A stretch of DNA of 32,329 nucleotides, taken from assembly GCA_029935325.1 (NCBI GenBank), contig JAOZKO010000002.1, positions 1 to 32,329 of the forward strand, given 5' to 3'. Shown piece after piece: positions 1 through 6,086 of this stretch (its first letter is position 1; every line of letters starts with the position of its first letter). The position numbers and the translations under genes are program-made. This stretch comes from Bacteroidales bacterium (GTDB lineage Bacteria; Bacteroidota; Bacteroidia; Bacteroidales; UBA1556). Below the pieces are notes generated by a model. The model ran no database searches. It was not told where the DNA came from and saw only the letters and a list, made by a program, of their open reading frames with translations.

Positions 1-1142
1 TAATTCTGAATAATAAATTTCCCAACAGCAACAATATCTTGTTTTGTAGTAAGCTGATAAAAGTATAATCCTGCTGCGAGATTTCGCCTATCAATACTAA
101 CAATCCCTGAATTGATATTTTCAATTATACGAACCAACTGACCTATTGAGTTATAAAGGTTTAAACTATAATCGGTATTGCTATTTGGCTTAAAAGAAAA
201 AGTACATTGCTGATTAAATGGATTTGGGAATATTTGGATATTCAAATCACAATCACCACTTTGCTCAAATCCTTCTAAAGTTATTACTTCTTTTTTGATT
301 AAGATATCCTGAAATAATGTATCAGTACATCCATTTTGCCCCTCAATGTATAACCCTATTAGGAAGATATTATTCAAATAATAAGGGAAATACCAGCTTA
401 TGGTATCTGTATATTTATAAATGGGGTTGCCAAAGCCAGATAAATACCATTTATATGATATTGCATTGCTATTCATAGCTTTAAACATAATTCGTTGCCC
501 CAAAGAGTCTTGACTTTTAATTGTATATTCAAAATTAGCAGAGCAATTATGATAATTTACAGCGCTTGAATAATTATAAAGGATGCTTTTATAAGCCTCT
601 CTTTTTATATCAATTATATTGGTTGATGTATCATTAACGTAATGTTTAATTCGGGCTATAAATCTGAATGACTTCCAACCTTCAATAATATGACTAGCTC
701 CTATTGGCGAATTATAAGCTGCTCCTCCATCTATATTGGCAGAATACCCTAAACAATTACTAGAAAGGTCAATAATTTTAACATGGTCTTCGCCATTAAA
801 CACAAAAAAGGAATCCGTAATTGCAGGAGTGCAAGCCAGAGCTGATTCTTTCTCTATAATAATCCATAATTCGTAATAGTCGGAACAATTTGTAATGGTA
901 TCCTTTGCAAATAAAGTCACAAGATAATTCCCAGATTCAGGAAAAACATGTAGTGGGGTTTTAATATTAGAGCCAGTTCCATCTCCAAAATTCCACCAAT
1001 AATGTGCATTAGCCACAACCGATGTATTAGAGAAATTTACAATATTTGATGATTTGGTATAGGTAAAAGCACTCATACAAATCTGCCCAATTGATGAAAC
1101 AGAAATCAGGAGAACGGCTAATAGTAAGCTAAGTTTTCTCAT
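1..1142 (-). CDS. Secreted PKD-domain protein with T9SS (Por) C-terminal sorting domain; 3' end clipped by the window edge
   Basis: It is absent from the ORF track because there is no in-window stop. My own minus-strand translation starts at the ATG at 1142-1140. It gives MRKLSLLLAVLLISVSSIGQ (signal peptide), then NFSNTSVVANAHYWWNFGDGTGSNIKTPLHVFPESGNY (PKD WxFGDG motif), then a second PKD-like block. The C-terminus reads IFPNPFNQQCTFSFKPNSNTDYSLNLYNSIGQLVRIIENINSGIVSIDRRNLAAGLYFYQLTTKQDIVAVGKFIIQN, followed by TA- at bases 2-1 (probable stop cut by the edge). That last ~75 aa fits the T9SS CTD pattern. Confidence 0.8.
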   Translation of the reverse strand, partial: MRKLSLLLAVLLISVSSIGQICMSAFTYTKSSNIVNFSNTSVVANAHYWWNFGDGTGSNIKTPLHVFPESGNYLVTLFAKDTITNCSDYYELWIIIEKESALACTPAITDSFFVFNGEDHVKIIDLSSNCLGYSANIDGGAAYNSPIGASHIIEGWKSFRFIARIKHYVNDTSTNIIDIKREAYKSILYNYSSAVNYHNCSANFEYTIKSQDSLGQRIMFKAMNSNAISYKWYLSGFGNPIYKYTDTISWYFPYYLNNIFLIGLYIEGQNGCTDTLFQDILIKKEVITLEGFEQSGDCDLNIQIFPNPFNQQCTFSFKPNSNTDYSLNLYNSIGQLVRIIENINSGIVSIDRRNLAAGLYFYQLTTKQDIVAVGKFIIQN

Positions 1143-1173
1143 GTTATTGCTTTTATAATTATTTTAGGTGCTG

Positions 1174-1189
1174 CAAATATACAAATGTA
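1174..1189 (-). promoter_or_regulatory. Two adjacent Bacteroidota -7 motif matches upstream of the PKD/T9SS gene
   Basis: The minus strand reads TACATTTG (1189-1182) and TATATTTG (1181-1174). Both fit TAnnTTTG, and the ATG is at 1142. Confidence 0.4.
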
Positions 1190-1234
1190 TTTTGGTTTAA
1201 TAATGTCGTATAATAAATTAGCTATTAACAATTA

Positions 1235-1408
1235 GAACGCAGATGACACAGATAAAACAGATTAAAAAACGGTTTTGTATTAATAGGCCTAAGGCGTTTT
1301 AGATGTTTCTGCTATCCTTTATCTGCCAAAGGCTGATAAATAATATCCGTTTATAAAATCCTTTTTTATTATCTGTGTAAACCAGCTTAATCCGTGTCAT
1401 CTGTGTCC
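1235..1408. repeat. Imperfect ~175-bp palindromic intergenic element (ACAGAT / GACAC(A/G)GAT blocks in inverted orientation)
   Basis: The left arm 1235-1272 is gaacgcagatgacacagataaaacagattaaaaaacgg. The reverse complement of the right arm 1347-1408 is ggacacagatgacacggattaagctggtttacacagataataaaaaaggattttataaacgg. The arms share cagatgacac(a/g)gat (13 of 14), acagat and A-runs ending in cgg. It lies between the SH3b gene stop (1454) and the PKD gene promoter motifs. Confidence 0.6.
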
Positions 1409-1453
1409 TACTCTTTCTGAAGTATGACAATATATTACTCTAACTACTTAATA

Positions 1454-3295
1454 TCAATTGGGGTAATCAAAATCAATAGCTGGATGATAGGAATCCTCAA
1501 ATAATATCTTTTTTGAATTATAATTATATTCTTTCTTAGTCCAATCTCCATCACCTTTTTCAGATGGTGAATACACTATTATTTTTTTCATAAAAAAATC
1601 ATTTTCTTCAGTATCAAATATATAATATATTTCACACTGCATGCTTATACCTTTATTACCATAATCGCTAGAATAATTGATATAAATTTTAAAACCAATT
1701 TCCGTAATAGTAAATTTAGATAATGGATAATTGTCTTTATGATAAATAAGTTTTTTAGAATAGGTTTTTATAATATAGCCACCTTTTTTATCATTTAGCA
1801 GAATCAACAATAATGTTTTATTGGGCTTTTTTTCATAAATATTATAATTGTTATACCTACCTAAAGTATCTAACGCATTTATAATTATATCAGGAAAACC
1901 ATCATTATTTAAGTCGCCTTCACTAAAATGCTCTAGTTTAAAATCAGGAAAATATTGCTTTAGTAATTTCTCTAATATTTTGGTTTGGGAATTAATCTCA
2001 ACTAAACTATCATTATTGTAGGAATAGTTTCTGCTTAAAAACTGTCTGTTTATACTCTCAAAATTAATTTCCCCTTTTTCTGTATATGTGTAAATATGAT
2101 CACCTACTGTATATTCAATTTTTATAATCTCACTTTCTCCCTTAATTGATGAAGGAAAAATCAAATCATATTGTTCAAAACCCACAACATCACCAGAACC
2201 ATATTCATCAGTAAATTTATGAAACTTTTTTCCATCCCAAGCAATAATAACATCTCCATCTGCCTGTCCACCACAATTTGCATTATAAGATACTCCTATA
2301 AATTCAGCAACATTATCCAAGCCCATATTCCCCATAGAATGAGCGCCTTTAAAATTAGATAAGCCAATGAAATAGTAAGCATCAATTATTTTATTATCCT
2401 TAATCGCTAATATTTCATTTTCGTGCCAGAGGTTTCCGTATTTAATAATAAAATGAAGCGATTTGTCCTTATAGCTTTCAAAGGAATATCGAGAAACATA
2501 AGTATGCCATACATAGCCCGTTTTTTTATTATAAATTACTTTTGCCCAATAACCATGCACATTATTCACGGTATCCCTTATAAAATAATCTTTTACTAAA
2601 GCCAATTTGCTTCCAAATTCCAATACTTTTATAACATCAGCATGGATTGAAGGCGCACTTCTGAAATTTACAGAATTACCAACTATTTGCCGTATTGATG
2701 ATTGGTTATAATGCAGAAAAGAGCTGTCTTTCAGTTCTTTATTAAATCTTGTCAAATCCTGTCCATCCCACTGATAAAATTGACTTCCTATATCAAAACA
2801 AAAAACAAAAATATCCTTGCCATCACTATTATAGGTTTCGCCTAAGGAAAATCCACAATTGTATTTCTGCTTATTCAAATTGGGTAATAGTAAAGACTTA
2901 ATAAAAACATCTTCTTTAAATATTTTAACTTCGAAGCTATTGTTTTTTGCGTGTTTTATCAGAAATCTATCTTTTGGGTTAAGCTGACTTCTGAAATACG
3001 ATTGAGTAACTAATTTATTCCAAACAAAGCATGTTTTATAATTGTAAACTACAGCAAGCCATCTACCTGCAACCCCATTTATTGTATCATTTTGCCAATC
3101 ATAATTACTTGGGTTAAGAATAGTTCTTGAGGGTACAGTGGCAATAATTTTAGATTTTAAGGATGGCCCTTCTCTAAGGTTAACATTATCAGAAAACACA
3201 ATGAATGGGCTAGAGTAGTTATGATCATAATATACATTTTGGGTAAAACCCGAAGAAGTGAGGATTAATAATAGGATTAAATGGCTAATTTTCAT
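1454..3295 (-). CDS. Secreted protein with two bacterial SH3-like domains and an FG-GAP/VCBS-like DxNxDGxxD motif; function unknown
   Basis: 613-aa ORF with an ATG start and the signal peptide MKISHLILLLILTSSGFTQ. There are two SH3b-like blocks: NVNLREGPSLKSKIIATVP...GRWLAVVYNYKTCFVWNKLV and SVNFRSAPSIHADVIKVLEFGSKLALV...GYWAKVIYNKKTGYVWHTYVS. GDLNNDGFPDIII is a calcium-binding FG-GAP-type motif. The rest has no domain I can name. Confidence 0.75.
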   Translation of the reverse strand: MKISHLILLLILTSSGFTQNVYYDHNYSSPFIVFSDNVNLREGPSLKSKIIATVPSRTILNPSNYDWQNDTINGVAGRWLAVVYNYKTCFVWNKLVTQSYFRSQLNPKDRFLIKHAKNNSFEVKIFKEDVFIKSLLLPNLNKQKYNCGFSLGETYNSDGKDIFVFCFDIGSQFYQWDGQDLTRFNKELKDSSFLHYNQSSIRQIVGNSVNFRSAPSIHADVIKVLEFGSKLALVKDYFIRDTVNNVHGYWAKVIYNKKTGYVWHTYVSRYSFESYKDKSLHFIIKYGNLWHENEILAIKDNKIIDAYYFIGLSNFKGAHSMGNMGLDNVAEFIGVSYNANCGGQADGDVIIAWDGKKFHKFTDEYGSGDVVGFEQYDLIFPSSIKGESEIIKIEYTVGDHIYTYTEKGEINFESINRQFLSRNYSYNNDSLVEINSQTKILEKLLKQYFPDFKLEHFSEGDLNNDGFPDIIINALDTLGRYNNYNIYEKKPNKTLLLILLNDKKGGYIIKTYSKKLIYHKDNYPLSKFTITEIGFKIYINYSSDYGNKGISMQCEIYYIFDTEENDFFMKKIIVYSPSEKGDGDWTKKEYNYNSKKILFEDSYHPAIDFDYPN

Positions 3296-3982
3296 GAGGC
3301 TTTGTTAACAAGAATTGTACCGAAAACAAACGGTGAAATATTATAAATGAATCCAGTCTAAAACAAACAAAACCAAAAAAGTTTCTTTTGGACATATTTT
3401 CATTTTTTTCTCCCGTACAGTTGTCGGGACAACTGATACTACGGCATCACTGGATTTCAAAAAATAAAAATCTCCCTCAAAACAACTCTTTTTATGCAAA
3501 TTGCCTGTTCTTAGACAGGACTCATAAATAGTTGTGTAATTTGAATATTGTACTTTCATATTACCTTATATCTGCAAGGGTTTTCGTTACGAAAATTCTA
3601 AATGCCTGTTAGGGTCGATGTAGCGTATCAAAAAGCAACGCAAACATAGCATTAGTTATGGTGAAATCCTTTAGAATTCGACATCCCCAAATAAGATTAA
3701 CTTTATGTCAATAGGTTTTTGATAGCATTCTCAACAATGATAGGCTTTGGGGTTTGTAGTAGAAATACCTTTGCGGTTTTAAGGTATAGTGATATAATGT
3801 TTTTAGGAAGCCAAATCCTTATTGGAAATAATACCAAATTAATACCAAAACACGCCATATAAATCGTTTACTCACCTCTTTTACATTTTAATAGGTGTTC
3901 GTGACGTGCTTCGCAGTACTATTTCCCTATTACTGCGTTAAAAATTATTTCCACACAGTCAGGCGATTACGGTTTTGTGCAA

Positions 3983-4037
3983 TATAATAATTACAAAATC
4001 AACCCTTTACGTCTTGGCGTCTTTGCGAGAAACAAAA
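3983..4037 (+). repeat. Dispersed 55-nt intergenic repeat, copy 1 (TATAAT-TTACAAA block + three tandem CTTnnnnn octamers + GAAACAAAA)
   Basis: The sequence is tataataattacaaaatcaaccCTTTACGTCTTGGCGTCTTTGCGAgaaacaaaa. The 33-nt core 4005-4037 matches the reverse complement of 24288-24320 at 26 of 33 positions. Confidence 0.65.
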
Positions 4038-4266
4038 ACTCAACGAACTATTGTTGATATCAAATTGGTATAATATGAATGTTCTACCAGAATTTATAGA
4101 TTTAAGTATTGATAATTTCAGACCTCTATCAACTAGCCAACAAAACCTAAAAGGCAACAAAGCCCTAAAGCTTAATATCAGCACACTTGCCACGGTTGTA
4201 TATTTATTGCAGATATTTACTGATTATGGTGTGGAATATCGTCGTTTAATAAAGGAGTAATTTATG

Positions 4267-4274
4267 TAGTTTTG
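4267..4274 (+). promoter_or_regulatory. -7 promoter motif for efp
   Basis: TAGTTTTG fits TAnnTTTG, with 26 nt between the motif and the efp ATG (4301). Confidence 0.5.
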
Positions 4275-4300
4275 CAGAAATATCAATTATAGAAAATATT

Positions 4301-4867
4301 ATGGCTAATACTTCTGATTTTAAGAACGGACTCGTAATGAAATTTAATGGCGAGCTATATTCAATAGTAGAGTTTCAACATGTAAAACCTGGTAAAGGAC
4401 CTGCCTTTGTACGTACCAAACTTAAGAATGTAAAAACAGGGAAACAAATACCTAATACGTTTACTGCTGGTGTAAAGATTGATGTTCAGCGTGTTGAGCG
4501 CCGTCAATATCAATACTTATATAATGATGGCGATGATTATCATTTTATGAATAACGAAACTTATGAGCAAACATTCTTCGACGGTGGATTAATTAATGCC
4601 CCTGATTTAATGAAAGAAGGTCAGGTTGTAGAAGTGGTATTCCATGCCGAAACAGAGACTCCTTTGTATTGTGAGCTTCCTCCTTTTGTTATTTTGGAAA
4701 TTACTTATACTGAACCAGGCGAGAAAGGAAATACTGCTACCAATACCTTTAAGGATGCTACCGTAGAGACTGATGCTGTTGTAAAAGTTCCTCTTTTTAT
4801 TAATACAGGAGAAAAAATAAAGATTGACACTAGAACTCATTCCTATTCTGAAAGAGTAAAAGGATAG
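4301..4867 (+). CDS. efp: Translation elongation factor P
   Basis: 188 aa. The N-terminus FKNGLVMKFNGELYSIVEFQHVKPGKGPAFVRTKLKNVKTGK is the canonical EF-P domain I, with loop-tip Lys32 in a PGKGP context. The length is typical of full-length EF-P. Confidence 0.97.
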   Translation: MANTSDFKNGLVMKFNGELYSIVEFQHVKPGKGPAFVRTKLKNVKTGKQIPNTFTAGVKIDVQRVERRQYQYLYNDGDDYHFMNNETYEQTFFDGGLINAPDLMKEGQVVEVVFHAETETPLYCELPPFVILEITYTEPGEKGNTATNTFKDATVETDAVVKVPLFINTGEKIKIDTRTHSYSERVKG

Positions 4868-4891
4868 TTGATTAAATTTGGAGCTAGTAGA

Positions 4892-4924
4892 ACAACACAT
4901 AACACAAAGCACACAACACATAAC
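4892..4924 (+). repeat. Perfect 12-nt direct repeat ACAACACATAAC with 21-nt period in the efp / downstream-gene spacer
   Basis: Copies at 4892-4903 and 4913-4924 are identical and separated by acaaagcac. The whole stretch is C/A-only apart from one G and a few T. Confidence 0.7.
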
Positions 4925-4927
4925 CTT

Positions 4928-5518
4928 ATGAAATACCCAGAATTTTACGATCAAGTAGAACATATTATTCTAAAGGACGACTTAAGTGCGTTTTTAGGAT
5001 CTAGCGAAGAAGGAATTATTGATTTCTCATATCTCGATATGGTGAAAGTAGCTGGCCATAGCTGTGTGGTAATAAGCGGTGCTTTTTTGATGACATTAAA
5101 AGGACTTAAAGCACTATATGGAACAGAGCTTCCCAAAAGAGGAGAGATAAAAGTTGAAATAAAAGATAGACTTGGCGAAGGCAATATTGGTGTATTTGGG
5201 CAGGTTTATTCTAATATAACTGGTGCCACTGTGAATACTGGTTTTGGTGGAATTGGTCCAAATTTTAACCGACGTGGCTTGATGTTTTATGGTGCGAATA
5301 TAGAATCCAATGTACGATTTACAAGGCTTGATACTAACCAGAGTATTGATGTGTTTTATTATCCACAAAAGGTGGTGTCGCCAGGCGATATTATGCAAGC
5401 AGCAATTGGCCCAAATGCCACAGAGGAAGGCAGAGTAGCTTTTCCAAGACTTTGGCAAGAGATGGTTAAAACTATTTTTGATAATGCTGATTTGATTATT
5501 GAGTTGAGGAAGGTATAG
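4928..5518 (+). CDS. Conserved hypothetical protein, possibly FmdE-like fold
   Basis: The track ORF 4868-5518 starts at TTG and its first 20 codons translate a CA-rich repeat (HNTKHTTHN). The in-frame ATG at 4928 (MKYPEFYDQ...) is the more plausible start. The VAGHSCVVISGAFLMTLKGL segment loosely resembles the GHxCPG helix region of FmdE-family proteins, but the assignment is weak. Confidence 0.6.
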   Translation: MKYPEFYDQVEHIILKDDLSAFLGSSEEGIIDFSYLDMVKVAGHSCVVISGAFLMTLKGLKALYGTELPKRGEIKVEIKDRLGEGNIGVFGQVYSNITGATVNTGFGGIGPNFNRRGLMFYGANIESNVRFTRLDTNQSIDVFYYPQKVVSPGDIMQAAIGPNATEEGRVAFPRLWQEMVKTIFDNADLIIELRKV

Positions 5519-5682
5519 AGGATTGGAGTTAGTTTTTTTTGTAGGAATTACGTTTTAAGGTATTCTTTTTAATCCTAGACTTCAATCGTTATAAAGTCTA
5601 TTTGATGAAATAGAATAAAAGCAGCCAAAGAAGCGTAAGCCATTATAGCATTTCAGCATTAAAATATTATAGCATTAATACA

Positions 5683-6033
5683 TTAATCACAATACTCCTC
5701 ACGCATAGCATCCAAAGCTTTTTGAAACCCATGCTTAAGCAATTCGAAATTTTGTTTAACAGCATCCAATTCCTGCATGCTTTCAGCTTTAGATTCGATA
5801 AAGAAAGCATAAGCTGCTAATTCATTCATTTGCCAGAGTTTTAAAGAGCTTTTAAGCTTATGAGCTTCCTTTGCTGCTTTATCCCAATTACCCTCATTTA
5901 TTGCTTCATCAATTGCAGTCATCATTTTTGGACCTAAATCAATAAGCATATGGGCTAATTCCTTAATCTCAGCTTCATTTCCATCCATCATTTCCAAAAG
6001 GAAACTTGCATCATAATATTTATTATTGCTCAT
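5683..6033 (-). CDS. Stand-alone histidine phosphotransfer (Hpt) domain protein
   Basis: All-helical, about 116 aa, with EAHKLKSSLKLWQM matching the Hpt HxxKG/S phospho-histidine motif. The track start at 6051 is TTG, so I prefer the ATG at 6033 (MSNNKYYD). Confidence 0.75.
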   Translation of the reverse strand: MSNNKYYDASFLLEMMDGNEAEIKELAHMLIDLGPKMMTAIDEAINEGNWDKAAKEAHKLKSSLKLWQMNELAAYAFFIESKAESMQELDAVKQNFELLKHGFQKALDAMREEYCD

Positions 6034-6086
6034 AATCTTTTTCTGTTCCAATCAAATATTATACAAAATACGAATCACAACTGGTA

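Noticed and set aside
2171-2362. Other short antisense or overlapping ORFs in the track: 2171-2362, 6026-6247, 9833-10078, 13411-13743, 14685-15014, 15067-15261, 15338-15556, 24705-24887, 25500-25709, 28005-28220, 28266-28520, 30435-30638 and 30553-30783.
   Set aside because: Each lies within or antisense to a longer gene with clear family motifs or a clear membrane or secreted architecture. None has independent support.
3668-3690. The string agaattcgacatcccc, checked as a possible tRNA/tmRNA T-arm. All spacers were also scanned for GGTTCGA-type T-loops, the RNase P GAGGAAAGTCC box and tmRNA ends.
   Set aside because: There is no complementary T-stem, acceptor stem or CCA context, and no conserved boxes of RNase P, SRP RNA or tmRNA on either strand.
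3826-3850. Tandem aataccaaa units (aataccaaattaataccaaaa) and other short repeats in the 1-kb spacer, checked as a possible degenerate CRISPR array.
   Set aside because: There are only two very short units with no spacer-repeat periodicity of 28-48 nt. No cas genes are present in the window.
3999-4260. Small ORFs 3999-4193 (minus, 64 aa) and 4051-4260 (plus, 69 aa from TTG, or 61 aa from the ATG at 4075) in the efp-upstream spacer.
   Set aside because: The minus-strand ORF translates straight through dispersed repeat copy 1. The plus-strand ORF has no motif, signal or promoter match. I do not report either as a CDS, and the region is covered as a finding instead.
4868-4927. N-terminal extensions proposed by the ORF track at 4868, 6051, 10443, 11218, 13933, 17843 and 21399.
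   Set aside because: Most use TTG or run across promoter motifs, the upstream gene or repeats. In each case an in-frame ATG gives a canonical N-terminus (signal peptide, lipobox or family-typical start). I used the ATG starts.
4607-5458. Minus-strand ORFs 4607-4963, 4951-5184 and 5114-5458 opposite efp and the downstream gene.
   Set aside because: They are antisense to efp (certain) and to the downstream gene, with Cys/Phe/Ser-rich nonsense composition. Shadow ORFs.
4301-5518. The idea that the gene downstream of efp encodes a new EF-P modification enzyme.
   Set aside because: The EF-P loop here is PGKGP (Lys32). As far as I recall, that subfamily is reported to function unmodified in Actinobacteria, so no modifier is required. 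The neighbour shows no ligase, aminomutase or glycosyltransferase motif. This is pure adjacency speculation.
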